A DNA stretch of 59,250 bases from an uncultured virus (IMG/VR IMGVR_UViG_3300043442_000948) (lineage: Duplodnaviria > Heunggongvirae > Uroviricota > Caudoviricetes): IMG/VR virus record IMGVR_UViG_3300043442_000948; one strand, given 5' to 3'. The notes under the pieces are model-generated. The model saw only the letters and a program-made list of their open reading frames with translations. It made no database searches and was not told where the DNA came from. Below are positions 19,803 through 29,398 of this stretch, piece by piece (the stretch's first letter is position 1; each line of letters starts with the position of its first letter). A program made the translations under genes and the position numbers.

Positions 19803-20834
19803 TTACTCTAGACAACTTATAATCCTCTCTGTAACTTCTGGAACTGCGGTGAATTCTTCCCGCAGTCTTTTGATTGCTTCCCGTTCTATCTGCTTTACCC
19901 GCCCGGCGCACAGATTATACTTTTCGGCTACGTCACTACAACTCATACGTTTTCCTGTGTCTGTGAGCCCGTTTAGATCCATAACTATATTCTTGTCCCG
20001 CTCCGGCAAGCAGGATAATAAATCGTCTAGAATCACTTTGATATTTGAGTGAACGATTTCTTCTTCCCCGTTGTCGCTGGGGTCAATAACGTATTCTATA
20101 AACTCCATCATAGAGCCCGCCGTTGTCTCTACAGACATGTTTAAACTAGCAGGGCGCTTTAGATAATTTGTAATCGTAATAATATAGTCGGGGGTGAATC
20201 CTGTAATCTCACAGACTTCCCGCATCGTTGCTGGTCGACCCCTTTCTGTTAAGAATCCTTTGTTAATCTTACGGATGAGTCTTAGCTTATCTGTAACGTG
20301 CACAGGTAAACGTACCAATCGCCCGGTGCGACTAATCCCTTTATTAATAGCTTCCTTAATCCAATAGCTTACATAAGTAGATAACTTAACTCCGTAGTGC
20401 GGGTTGTATTTCTCTACCCCTTTAACCAGTCCGGCGTTACCTTCCTGCACTAAGTCATAAATGCTGAGGTTCAGGTTGTTATATCGCTTAGCCACTGACA
20501 CAACTAACCGTAAGTTATGTTCAATCAGAATCTTTCTTGCTTTATTACCAGCTTCGTAGAGGGCATTAATCTCCGCTGGGTCTAGTTCTTTAAGGATGAT
20601 ATAGCTTTCTAGTGGCACTCCAAGCTTACGTCTTTCTTCTTCATACTGCATCATCTCAAAGACTTGTCCACCGTAATACTTTTCTTGTTCTCTATCCAGC
20701 AGCGCGTAGCGTCCTATTTCACACAAATACGCGGTAAAACTGTCTGTCTGCTTCTGTTTTGTTGAGCGGGCCTGTCTTTTAGGCTCTAGAGTCATAGTCG
20801 AGTACCAGTTCCAATTCACTACTGGTACTACCAT
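19803..20834 (-). CDS. RNA polymerase sigma-70 factor (RpoD/group 2-like, cyanobacterial type)
   Basis: DS..AYL.EIGR..LL (1.2), NLRLVVSVAKRY, DLVQEG, YWI (2), VRLPVH (3), RVKQIE..A..RLR (4.2); start may be ATG 20795. Confidence 0.92.
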   Translation of the reverse strand: MVVPVVNWNWYSTMTLEPKRQARSTKQKQTDSFTAYLCEIGRYALLDREQEKYYGGQVFEMMQYEEERRKLGVPLESYIILKELDPAEINALYEAGNKARKILIEHNLRLVVSVAKRYNNLNLSIYDLVQEGNAGLVKGVEKYNPHYGVKLSTYVSYWIKEAINKGISRTGRLVRLPVHVTDKLRLIRKINKGFLTERGRPATMREVCEITGFTPDYIITITNYLKRPASLNMSVETTAGSMMEFIEYVIDPSDNGEEEIVHSNIKVILDDLLSCLPERDKNIVMDLNGLTDTGKRMSCSDVAEKYNLCAGRVKQIEREAIKRLREEFTAVPEVTERIISCLE

Positions 20835-20860
20835 ATCAAATTGTTTAATAAAAATACAAA

Positions 20861-20884
20861 TCGGCTGTTCTTAAGAACAGCCGA
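20861..20884 (-). terminator. perfect 24-bp palindrome, probable intrinsic terminator
   Basis: TCGGCTGTTCTTAAGAACAGCCGA followed by a T-rich run on the minus strand. Confidence 0.6.
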
Positions 20885-20909
20885 CTTTAGTTGAGTTTGT
20901 ATCTTTTGG

Positions 20910-22247
20910 TTAGTCGATAGACGTAACGGAAGTAAACTCCGCGCAGTTGTTGTTCTCGGCAACGGTAAACAAATGGTCGTTAATGTTGAAGTGGTCTTTT
21001 GACACGATTAAATGCAGCAGACTGTCACCGGACTCCAGTAGTGGGTTTAGGAAAACTTCAAAACACTTTTCTAAACCGGTGTGTACCGCGTCGAAACCTT
21101 CGATGGCTTCACTTTCTGTAATGTGCTTGGCCTGTTGGTCGATAGTTTGCAGGTCAGCAATCATTCCTTTAGGGGCGTTGTAAGGCCCTTTGTAAGCTAG
21201 AACCGCGAGTACAGAAGCACAGGCGATGTTAACACCGATGATGGTGCGGGTGTTACCTGGCTGGCGGCGCAGGCAGAGTACGTGTAAGGGGTTTAGATTC
21301 CCTAACGCTCCGCCGGCGTACATAATAGCCTTGTGCCCCACAGTAATAATGGCAAAACCACCTGGAACTAACACCCGCTCTAGTTCATTTGACAAGTCAT
21401 GTAGACGAGTCTCCACGTAATCAAAACGTAGTGGTGCTTCTACAAGTGCGACCTTAACACTCTCCGCCGGTACGTCAGCCAAAGAGTTGTAACTAAAGCG
21501 TTTAGTTTTTGTATAATCAACTTCAACAGTTACTGTTTCGTCAGTATCCTCTAAAGCCTCTGAGTCTTCAATCTGTTTAGAAGACTTTAAGACTTGAATA
21601 GCTTCCTTGGGTGTTTCAGCTAACCCTTCAGCGATTAACCCGGCGACTTTGACCTGAGTGGTCTTAGACATCCGTTGCATATCCCGGAGCTGTTTTGGGT
21701 CTTCAGCAACTTCAACTTTGGTTAATAGTTTTACAGCTTCAGGAGCTAAACCCGCGTGGGCTAGTTTAATCTTGCGGTAGGTTTGGATAACCTGCGCAGT
21801 TGTCCGACGGTTCATTGGTTGTTCGGCGGCTAACTCTAAAGCTGTTTCTTTAGCCGCCGGCTCAACAGCGTCTGAACCCAGTCGGTACAGCGATGCTAGG
21901 TCTAAGGCTTTTAGTCCGTCGCCGTGGGTGCTTTCATATTCCTTGTATAAGGTATAAAGCTTCATAAAGTTCTTGGCGGTGTCCTGGCTGATTTCATTGT
22001 TGAACCGCTGCTTCAACCACTTCTGCCACTGCCCCGCTGGTAAAAGGTTGTCCTTAATATAGATAAAGATTTCACCCAAGCGAACAACGTTTTCTAAGGT
22101 TTGCTTTACTAGTCCACGAATTTCTGACTCAAGACCTTCTAACTCTACAGCTACTTCTGCAGTGGTCGCTAGTAGTGTTTCAACTTGCGGGGACGTTACA
22201 GGAGGCACCTTCGCCAATTTATTAGGTCTTTCTTTAACTCTGGTCAT
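20910..22247 (-). CDS. DUF3102-like N-terminal domain fused to a degenerate methyltransferase-like domain
   Basis: LGE.....KD.L...GQW.KWL...F......A.NFM; C-terminal SVKVALVEAP and L.RVL.PGG. Confidence 0.6.
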   Translation of the reverse strand: MTRVKERPNKLAKVPPVTSPQVETLLATTAEVAVELEGLESEIRGLVKQTLENVVRLGEIFIYIKDNLLPAGQWQKWLKQRFNNEISQDTAKNFMKLYTLYKEYESTHGDGLKALDLASLYRLGSDAVEPAAKETALELAAEQPMNRRTTAQVIQTYRKIKLAHAGLAPEAVKLLTKVEVAEDPKQLRDMQRMSKTTQVKVAGLIAEGLAETPKEAIQVLKSSKQIEDSEALEDTDETVTVEVDYTKTKRFSYNSLADVPAESVKVALVEAPLRFDYVETRLHDLSNELERVLVPGGFAIITVGHKAIMYAGGALGNLNPLHVLCLRRQPGNTRTIIGVNIACASVLAVLAYKGPYNAPKGMIADLQTIDQQAKHITESEAIEGFDAVHTGLEKCFEVFLNPLLESGDSLLHLIVSKDHFNINDHLFTVAENNNCAEFTSVTSID

Positions 22248-22314
22248 CTTTGATTACTTATCCTCTTGAAGGAGTATGGTTAGTCTGTAAGCGCTCTTAA
22301 CGCTGTTGGGAACC

Positions 22315-22343
22315 ATCATAAGCCATATTTATTACCGTGACAA
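22315..22343 (-). promoter_or_regulatory. sigma70-type promoter
   Basis: TTGTCA-17 nt-TATGAT upstream of 22247. Confidence 0.55.
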
Positions 22344-22346
22344 CGG

Positions 22347-22374
22347 GAAAACCCCTTACATATAAGGGTTTTTC
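22347..22374. terminator. inverted repeat / probable terminator
   Basis: AAAACCC(C)TTA-CATA-TAAGGGTTTT. Confidence 0.45.
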
Positions 22375-22400
22375 TGTAAATATCCAATTTTGTTAGTCTT

Positions 22401-22670
22401 TTAGTTTTGACTACTGCTGAAACTTAGTGTATTGACTTTAATTTCGTTTAATTTAGCTTTTAGCAGAGCCTTGATAATGTTGGGGGTAGTATAGTTGTGA
22501 TTTTGAACACATAGGCAGAAACTATATACTAGTTCTGGAGCTCGGTCTTCTAGTGTTAATAACCAGTTGTTTATATCGTTTTCTGTAAAATTATATTCTT
22601 TTAATAATTGCTCCTCGATCAGATACATCAAATGTTGTGTAGACTCGGTGACTTGTCGTTTGGTTAGCAT
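22401..22670 (-). CDS. hypothetical protein
   Basis: 89-aa AT-rich ORF. Confidence 0.6.
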   Translation of the reverse strand: MLTKRQVTESTQHLMYLIEEQLLKEYNFTENDINNWLLTLEDRAPELVYSFCLCVQNHNYTTPNIIKALLKAKLNEIKVNTLSFSSSQN

Positions 22671-22798
22671 TGTTGGTTCGGTGCAAGGTCATATATCTAC
22701 AATACCAAATTTGTCTTGGTTAGCAAAGAGAAATTAAGGACTACTAATTCCTTTCTAGCTTTGTACAAGGTTAATTTTCTTTACAAAAGTTTATACTT

Positions 22799-22815
22799 GC
22801 ACGAACCGTTCGTGT
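22799..22815. repeat. dispersed palindrome copy 3 (intergenic)
   Basis: GCACGAACCGTTCGTGT. Confidence 0.8.
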
Positions 22816-22820
22816 TCCAG

Positions 22821-23105
22821 TTACTTAATCCAGACCACTTCAGCGAATGGCCTGCCGTGCTGTAAGGCGTCTATACAAAGGAATGGCCACACCGCCGGGC
22901 GTAGTAAGGTATACATTACTAGAATCTCCAGCTGGTCATATTTGTATCCTGTGCTACCGTAAATTGTTTCATAGACGTCATCTCTTAGATCTAGTCGTCG
23001 GATAATAAAGAACCCTATTGCTAAAAATAACGTCAATAGTAACCATACAGATAAGTAAATGTTTAGGATTGTGTAGAAAAAAGAGATGCTCATTTGGTCA
23101 ACCAA
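22821..23105 (-). CDS. hypothetical membrane protein
   Basis: GGAGG upstream, overlaps glycosyltransferase end; long hydrophobic segment. Confidence 0.65.
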   Translation of the reverse strand: MVDQMSISFFYTILNIYLSVWLLLTLFLAIGFFIIRRLDLRDDVYETIYGSTGYKYDQLEILVMYTLLRPAVWPFLCIDALQHGRPFAEVVWIK

Positions 23106-24259
23106 GCCTCCATGTCTTTGGTAATCTGAGCCCAGTCGAATTTAGATTGGTTGAAGTAACTTCGTGTTTTTGTTCCTAACTGCTGTCGCAGCGTCTGGTT
23201 CTTGTAAAGTTTGTCTAGGGTCTTGGCTAAATGGTCGACACTTATAGCACCGCGCTCTATTAAACAGTCTTTATCCGTCTGCCAATCCACAACATCTAAC
23301 AGCACACCTCGTCCTTCACCCCATAGCTCAGCACAAGCGCTATGGTTAGGTACAACTTGGGGCACACCACAGATGCTGGCTTCCATGTTGGTTAGACTCC
23401 AGCCTTCCCCTAAAGATGTGTTGACATATACATCTGCGCTGTTGTAGATAAGATTGAGCATTGCTTCAGGGACGCTCCCCGGGCGCGGTGACTTATCAGT
23501 CAAGACCAAACGATCAACAACGTTACCGTAGGCCCGCATCTCCCGCTCGAACAATGGGATAACATCCCAACCTACATCTTTGGTGCCCATGTGGAGGTAA
23601 AGCCATACATCATCTTTACCCTGGGCGAACTTAGCGAAGCCTTTAATGGTCAGGTCAATCCGTTTACGCGGCTGGTTGCGATTGGCATTGAGCACAACAA
23701 AGTCCTGCTTGAGATTACTTAACCCTAATTGATGCCGCGCTTCAAGCTTGCCCACTGGATAAAAGGTTTTGGTGTCAACACCATGGGGGAACACCTGCGC
23801 TTCACCTTTGAACTTAGCTGCTTTAAGCACATCTACCCCGAACTGGGTGTAAGTCGCAACCCCGTCTATTTCATGGAGCCACTTAACTAGAAAAGGCATG
23901 TAACCGTGGGAGTCAACTGGGAAGTAAGCAAAGAGCTTAAAGTTACCAACTTCATACTGCTTTTGAATCTGCATGTAATACTGCTCACAGACCCAGCAGT
24001 CGTTGAACAGCAGCACCACGTCCGGCTTTTCCTTAGCAATAACTTGGGGTAACTTCTGTAGCCCTAATACATCCTGCCCTTGGATACTGAACGCTGGGTA
24101 AATATAGAAAGGATAGTCGTGTCTGTCCGCCGGGTCGTTGACCCCTAGCAAGATAACCTGGTGCCCGGCGTTGTATAAACCCAAGCAGATTTGTTCACAC
24201 ACCCGGCTGAACCCGGTTTTAACCGTAGGGGAATCACCAACAACAAGAATCTTTTTCAT
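23090..24259 (-). CDS. glycosyltransferase, GT-B fold (GT4-like)
   Basis: ILVVGDS...TGF, HGVD..F, NRNQPRK, YNSADV....SLGEGW.L..MEA..CG.P. Confidence 0.88.
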   Translation of the reverse strand: MKKILVVGDSPTVKTGFSRVCEQICLGLYNAGHQVILLGVNDPADRHDYPFYIYPAFSIQGQDVLGLQKLPQVIAKEKPDVVLLFNDCWVCEQYYMQIQKQYEVGNFKLFAYFPVDSHGYMPFLVKWLHEIDGVATYTQFGVDVLKAAKFKGEAQVFPHGVDTKTFYPVGKLEARHQLGLSNLKQDFVVLNANRNQPRKRIDLTIKGFAKFAQGKDDVWLYLHMGTKDVGWDVIPLFEREMRAYGNVVDRLVLTDKSPRPGSVPEAMLNLIYNSADVYVNTSLGEGWSLTNMEASICGVPQVVPNHSACAELWGEGRGVLLDVVDWQTDKDCLIERGAISVDHLAKTLDKLYKNQTLRQQLGTKTRSYFNQSKFDWAQITKDMEAWLTK

Positions 24260-24306
24260 TGTTTTAACGTATGGGGGTTGTCATTTTAAAGGCGGCTGTT
24301 AGTAGC

Positions 24307-25719
24307 TTACATAATAGTGCTAGCACGTTGGGAAAGCGGGCTACGTTCACCTTTAATTAAAGTGATATGCCCAGCCAAAGGCTCGTCCTTCCAACAGTCA
24401 ATCGCGTAGGTCAAACCATTGCTACTAGCATCCAAGTAAGGGTCGTCAATCTGGTCAATATCCCCTAGCAGCACAACTTTTGTATCGTCGCCCGCGCGGC
24501 CAATGATTGTCTTAGCTTCTTCCGGGGTTAAGGACGCCGCTTCATCAATCAAAATGAACTTATTGTTGTACGTCACGCCCCGGATGTAGGCAAGGTGCTC
24601 TTGCTGGATAAAACCCCGCTCGATTAAGTATTCGTGGGGTTTGATTGGAACACTGTTCCGGGAGTTCCCAAAGAAAGCACCAGAGTCTTGCTTACCACCC
24701 AAGATAGCGTCTAAACAAGAAAAGAACGGCTTCATCCAAGGCTCAGACTTTTCTTCTATGTCCCCAGGTAGAAAGCCTTCTTTGACACTGTGGTGAACAA
24801 ACTTCCGGCTGATCAGAATCTGGTCGTACAGCTTAAGATCTAAGACCGCGTGTAACGCTCCTAGAAGCGCGATAAACGTCTTACCAGTACCAAGAGACCC
24901 ATTGATAGTTACAAGTGGGATACCGGGGTCTAGAAGCAGTTCTAAAGCCATTTGCTGCTCCCGGTTGCGGGCCCCTTTAGACCCCATCAAATGCTTCCGG
25001 TCTGGAATCAAACGTAGGTAAGTTTCCCCCCTTTCATTAACCTTGGCAATCGCCAGCGCGGTCTGCTTAGAATCTTCTATTGCCTCCAAACAAACCAGCT
25101 CATTAGGAAATAGTCCCATTTCATCTTCATCTTCGTCGATGGCTAATTCCTTTTCACTGTATAGATAATTGATTAACTCCTTTTCTACTTTGATGTAACG
25201 CGTGCCGGTGTATAAGTCATGCACACTGACCTTATCACTTAGATAGTCTTCCGCCACAAGCCCGTGGACTCCAGCTTTAACCCGCAGGTTAATATCCTTC
25301 GTTACTAGAATCACCGGCGCGGGGCTTTCTAAATCAAACAGCAGCCAGTACTGTAGTAACAAAAGCCGGTTGTCTACCTTTTCATCATATGCGGGCGGCA
25401 TAAATGCTAGGTCAGGTTCCCGCCCTTTACTAACATTCTCGTAAGACAATACTTTAACTAGCCCGCCGCTATCATTAGCAGTAACCCCTTCACCAAGGTC
25501 GCCGGCTAACCTTAACTCTTCCAAGTTCCGAATAGCCGCCCGCGCCGCTCTCCCTACTGCTCCATCAGCTTTCTTCTTATTATCCAACTCTTCTAGAACA
25601 TCCAACGGAATAATCACAGTGTTCTCTTCAAACAACCACAGAGCATTGGGGTCGTGGATTAAAACATTGGTGTCTAAGATAAACGTCTTAGTTAACGTGG
25701 TCGACGCGGGGCTTTCCAT
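24307..25719 (-). CDS. phoH: PIN-PhoH (PhoH2-like) protein
   Basis: ILDTNVLIHDP, VLEELD, DN, TKDINLR (PIN); GSLGTGKT, GFLPG, YIRG, IDEA, GD.DQID, ERS (PhoH). Confidence 0.92.
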   Translation of the reverse strand: MESPASTTLTKTFILDTNVLIHDPNALWLFEENTVIIPLDVLEELDNKKKADGAVGRAARAAIRNLEELRLAGDLGEGVTANDSGGLVKVLSYENVSKGREPDLAFMPPAYDEKVDNRLLLLQYWLLFDLESPAPVILVTKDINLRVKAGVHGLVAEDYLSDKVSVHDLYTGTRYIKVEKELINYLYSEKELAIDEDEDEMGLFPNELVCLEAIEDSKQTALAIAKVNERGETYLRLIPDRKHLMGSKGARNREQQMALELLLDPGIPLVTINGSLGTGKTFIALLGALHAVLDLKLYDQILISRKFVHHSVKEGFLPGDIEEKSEPWMKPFFSCLDAILGGKQDSGAFFGNSRNSVPIKPHEYLIERGFIQQEHLAYIRGVTYNNKFILIDEAASLTPEEAKTIIGRAGDDTKVVLLGDIDQIDDPYLDASSNGLTYAIDCWKDEPLAGHITLIKGERSPLSQRASTIM

Positions 25720-25866
25720 AAGTACTTAAGTAAGGACTAGTACCACAAAGATAACATGCACCAAACAGAATTACCAAAGAAAACCGCCACGTCAATGAGC
25801 AAAACGCGGCGGCTGTATGTATATAAATCCAAACAAAGGAGTTAGTCCTTTTGTAGTAAATATAAC

Positions 25867-26253
25867 TTATCCAGCAGCGTTCAAAGCCATGGCGGCTTCT
25901 TCTATCCCAACACTAGTATCCTCTAATACTTTATCCTTATCTAGAAGCTCAACTAAACACCCCGCCGCGGGGCTTTCTAAATTAACTAACTCTTTTAGCT
26001 TACTACTAGAACGAAACACCACAGCCCGCCGCGCCGGGTGCATAATCATCTCACCATTACTGGGGTTAACACCCCGCCGCGGGGCCTTATTAATAACTTT
26101 AAACTTTCCAAACCCAGACAAGAACACCGAACCCCCGGATAGTAACTCATCTGTGAATAAACCCAGTAACTCATTCACCAAACGCCCCGCGGCGGCTTTA
26201 CTAACCCCAGTACGCTCCACAATCAAACTAACTAAGTCTGCTTTAGTTACCAT
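25867..26253 (-). CDS. HU-family DNA-binding protein with C-terminal extension
   Basis: TKADLV, V.L.GFGKF, R.GVNP.NGE, V.F..S..LKELVN; extended -10 TGCTATAAT at 26293-26301. Confidence 0.9.
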   Translation of the reverse strand: MVTKADLVSLIVERTGVSKAAAGRLVNELLGLFTDELLSGGSVFLSGFGKFKVINKAPRRGVNPSNGEMIMHPARRAVVFRSSSKLKELVNLESPAAGCLVELLDKDKVLEDTSVGIEEAAMALNAAG

Positions 26254-26484
26254 TGATTTTATTCCCATTCCTACAAACAACGAATAAGCTCTATTATAGC
26301 ATTACCTAGAAGAATAGAGTAGATAGGTATTAAACAAGCAGAATAGGCCTTACCATGTATATTAGGGGGTGACCTACTGTGGGCACAGAAGGCACCCCCG
26401 AATGCAGCCCCTTTTATAGTTGTTTTACATAGGTAGACCGTTTTTTAGCTTGTAGAGCGGTTCATTTTTGTTTAGTAATGTGAA

Positions 26485-26572
26485 AATTATGAAAGAATTA
26501 TGAAAGAATTATGAAAGAATTATGAAAGAATTATGAAAGAATTATGAAAGAATTATGAAAGAATTATGAAAG
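26485..26572. repeat. tandem repeat (AATTATGAAAG)x8
   Basis: Eight exact 11-bp units in a ~600-bp non-coding gap. Confidence 0.95.
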
Positions 26573-26771
26573 CTATATTCGCAATAAGAGCCTAGTGTTC
26601 TCAACAAGCTATTGCACCCAAAAATGCCAAAGGCAACTCTCCATGGGAGACCAATTTTGTTGAGAATCAGGGCATTTTTATTGACAGTCATTTGCAATAA
26701 GGGCCTTAAAACTAGTGAAATCAGGGGTCGGGGGATGGATTTTGCCACTTTTATGGCGGCTGTTCATCCCC

Positions 26772-26831
26772 CCTTGTGTTTTGTAGGGGGTCAAAAGTAT
26801 AACCTTGTGTTTTATAGGGGTCGAAAGTATA
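26772..26831. repeat. imperfect ~30-bp tandem duplication
   Basis: CCTTGTGTTTTGTAGGGGGTCAAAAGTATA / CCTTGTGTTTTATAGGGGTCGAAAGTATA. Confidence 0.8.
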
Positions 26832-26882
26832 CTTGGGCGCATTGGTTGTAGAAAAAAGGGGGCCTATACCCCCATACTAGTA

Positions 26883-28055
26883 TCAAGCGGCTATAAACAG
26901 AAGGAGTAGGGGACGAAGTGAGTAGTCCCGGATGAGTGCTGCTATTACTAGACCCAACACACAGTAGATGAGTGCAGCGGGGCCTAGGAGCCCGAAGGCT
27001 TGGATTAGCAGCGGTATGGTTATACAAGCCCCTAGGATGCTTCGGGAGCGGGGCGTGGGCTCGGTGATATCCCGGTCTATTAGAACCGCTACCAAGGTGG
27101 TTAGGAAGAATAGCCCAAATAGCAACGCAGCGTGGAATACAGGTTCGTTTACGTTACTGGGGGTTTGGGTGACCCAGACCTGCATGAGTTCGCCCAGCAT
27201 GGTCTTACCAGTCATAGTGCCCCACATAACGATAGCCCCGGCTGACCAACCCTCCAAGATAGCCTCCTGGTGGTTATTGGTTATCTGACTAGTATTGGTG
27301 CCCAGACAGCGGCTTGCCGTGGCTACAGATAACCCTGGGCAGACCCAGCTGATTGCTATGGGGATACCCCAGCTGATTAGAGTATCAGGGTCGAACTGCA
27401 CCGGGTCGCACTGGGACACATCTTTAATCCGGTGCGCCGGGGTTTCATCTTTGATAGCGCCGGGTACATAGGTAGCTATGGACAGCGCTAAGATGACAGC
27501 GATAGCTGGGTTAAACTGCCCGCCGGTTAGTTTAGTGAAGAAGTGATTGGCTAGGGATATACTTAGCCCAAGAATGATAAGGGTCAGCAGGTCTAAGTAG
27601 ACTTGGTTGCCCGGGCGGTTTTCATTCTTGAAGGCTTGTCCTAAGGCAGCGATACCCCCCAAGATAATAGCACTGAAATACCATGGCACTTGGAAGGGTG
27701 CGGCTGGTATCTTCCAGGCTATCGCCCAGCCGACGACATACATAGCCATTCTAGCTAGGATATACAGCCGGGCTTGGACAGCAGGGATGGGCCAGCTATG
27801 TCCCTGTAGCATCTGTACGTCGCTGGTGTAAGCGAAGTTGGGGTCGCTGGACAGTTCTTGGAGTTCCAGTTGGATGGCCCCAAAGCCCGCCGTCAGGTAA
27901 CAGGCAAAGCCAGTTTCGGGGCCCCCTATTGCGGCACCAAGGATGCCGGCGATGTATTTGTTTAATACACCGAACTTACCACCCACGTAGGCTAGGGCAG
28001 TAGTTATAACACAGATAGCGAAGACTAACTTCGGTAGCACATCTTCCCAGTACAT
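26883..28055 (-). CDS. multi-pass membrane protein
   Basis: 390 aa, about ten hydrophobic segments; AGGAG RBS. Confidence 0.8.
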   Translation of the reverse strand: MYWEDVLPKLVFAICVITTALAYVGGKFGVLNKYIAGILGAAIGGPETGFACYLTAGFGAIQLELQELSSDPNFAYTSDVQMLQGHSWPIPAVQARLYILARMAMYVVGWAIAWKIPAAPFQVPWYFSAIILGGIAALGQAFKNENRPGNQVYLDLLTLIILGLSISLANHFFTKLTGGQFNPAIAVILALSIATYVPGAIKDETPAHRIKDVSQCDPVQFDPDTLISWGIPIAISWVCPGLSVATASRCLGTNTSQITNNHQEAILEGWSAGAIVMWGTMTGKTMLGELMQVWVTQTPSNVNEPVFHAALLFGLFFLTTLVAVLIDRDITEPTPRSRSILGACITIPLLIQAFGLLGPAALIYCVLGLVIAALIRDYSLRPLLLLFIAA

Positions 28056-28072
28056 CTTATTTCTCCTTTGTA

Positions 28073-28429
28073 TTAGAATTCGTCACACGTGACGATTTGG
28101 TCTATGTCAATCTTTTGCTTAGGTCCCCGCATTAGACAGGTGGTGTTGGAGTCTTTAAGAATCCATGTGTCAGCGGGGGCTACGATACTTCCTGTGCGGA
28201 GTTCACCGTTAATGACCTGCATGTTGACTATCTGCAGCCCTATGGCTCCGGCGTAGCGTTCGGGTGTCTTAGTTAGATACCGCTCGCCGGTGATAATCAC
28301 ATAGTCACCACTGACTCCTTGGATGACACCGCTGGTTACGGGTGACACGTGGCTACTGCAGCCCACGCACCCAAGCAGTACCGCTCCGAGCATCCATCTT
28401 GTAGCTGAGCGTGTAAGTTTTGTTTTCAT
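28073..28429 (-). CDS. putative lipoprotein
   Basis: Basic N-terminus, hydrophobic core, LLGC/VGC lipobox-like site. Confidence 0.6.
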   Translation of the reverse strand: MKTKLTRSATRWMLGAVLLGCVGCSSHVSPVTSGVIQGVSGDYVIITGERYLTKTPERYAGAIGLQIVNMQVINGELRTGSIVAPADTWILKDSNTTCLMRGPKQKIDIDQIVTCDEF

Positions 28430-28607
28430 CTATGATTGTTCCTTCTACTTTGACAGGTTTGCCGTCAAGGATAATGCAGCTCAAACCACAGCGGCTAGGG
28501 TTAGTTACGCTTACTTCACGAACGTTACGCTCGTCGAAGGAACCATACCCTGCTTTGCTTAGATACAACGCGGTTAGCGCTGCAGCAGTTGCTATTAGGA
28601 TTTTCAT
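28353..28607 (-). CDS. small exported hypothetical protein
   Basis: Signal-peptide-like MKILIATAAALTALYL; 77-bp overlap with the next gene. Confidence 0.5.
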   Translation of the reverse strand: MKILIATAAALTALYLSKAGYGSFDERNVREVSVTNPSRCGLSCIILDGKPVKVEGTIIDENKTYTLSYKMDARSGTAWVRGLQ

Positions 28608-28655
28608 AGGTAGGAAAAAAGTGGACTATTGGTTAGCCCACTCTTTTCTCTTTTC

Positions 28656-29228
28656 TTACGCTTTTACAGGACGCCGGGTCATTGTGCTGACCGACTCCAG
28701 TTCAGCTTCTGTTGGCTGTAGGATTTGTACGAACTTGGGGTATTTAAGTTCATGCAGAATCCGACCACCAATGTGCGGTGGCGCATGGCGACGGACAGAC
28801 CCGTCAGCACGACGCTTGGTGAACAAGTAGTCACACTGCCATTGCATGTCCAGCCGGTCTGACCGTGACCACTGGCGGTATTCACCACCAAGCCACAGGT
28901 TAGCTTCGGCTAGATTCAGGAAGTTATTCGTCGGACTGGGTACCGACTGGTTGACCTTGAGCACTTGCCCAGGTACCAGGATGTCGAGCATAAGGGTGTA
29001 GAAGGTTTTGCCTAGAACGGCGTCCTTTTCAAACACATCTTGCTCGATTTCTTCGTGGGCTACCCGGAAGCTCCGGGCTTCAAGGAGTAAACTGACGGGA
29101 ATGAAGTCCCAGGCAGTCGGATAGTACCGACGGAGGACATCATGTAGCAGTTCGCTTTGAACAGCACGGGCTTTGATTAGTCGGGTAGTGTAAATTTCCA
29201 TTGTTAGTTTCCCTATTGTTTTGGTCAT
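28656..29228 (-). CDS. hypothetical protein
   Basis: 190-aa ORF directly downstream of a promoter-like motif; start may be ATG 29201. Confidence 0.7.
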   Translation of the reverse strand: MTKTIGKLTMEIYTTRLIKARAVQSELLHDVLRRYYPTAWDFIPVSLLLEARSFRVAHEEIEQDVFEKDAVLGKTFYTLMLDILVPGQVLKVNQSVPSPTNNFLNLAEANLWLGGEYRQWSRSDRLDMQWQCDYLFTKRRADGSVRRHAPPHIGGRILHELKYPKFVQILQPTEAELESVSTMTRRPVKA

Positions 29229-29256
29229 TCTCTTTTCTTTTTTCAGGCACTAGGAC
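29229..29256 (-). promoter_or_regulatory. phage promoter-like motif
   Basis: GTCCTAGTGCCTGAAAAAAGAAAAGAG; variant of 30210-30240. Confidence 0.65.
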
Positions 29257-29300
29257 GTCAAAGTGGCTATTCAACGTGCAGTTAAGCGCCTGTTCAGTAG

Positions 29301-29342
29301 CAAAAAAGGGGACTCCACTGCATAGCGCAGCGAAGCCCTCTT
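29301..29342 (-). terminator. intrinsic terminator
   Basis: Long imperfect GC stem followed by T run on the minus strand. Confidence 0.6.
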
Positions 29343-29398
29343 AATCCACTATGGCTATCTAATCTGAGCTGGGGTGCCCCCGGGTGGGGGCTGACAGC

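Noticed and set aside
26485..26572. CRISPR array
   Set aside because: Contiguous 11-bp units with no spacers; no cas genes in the window
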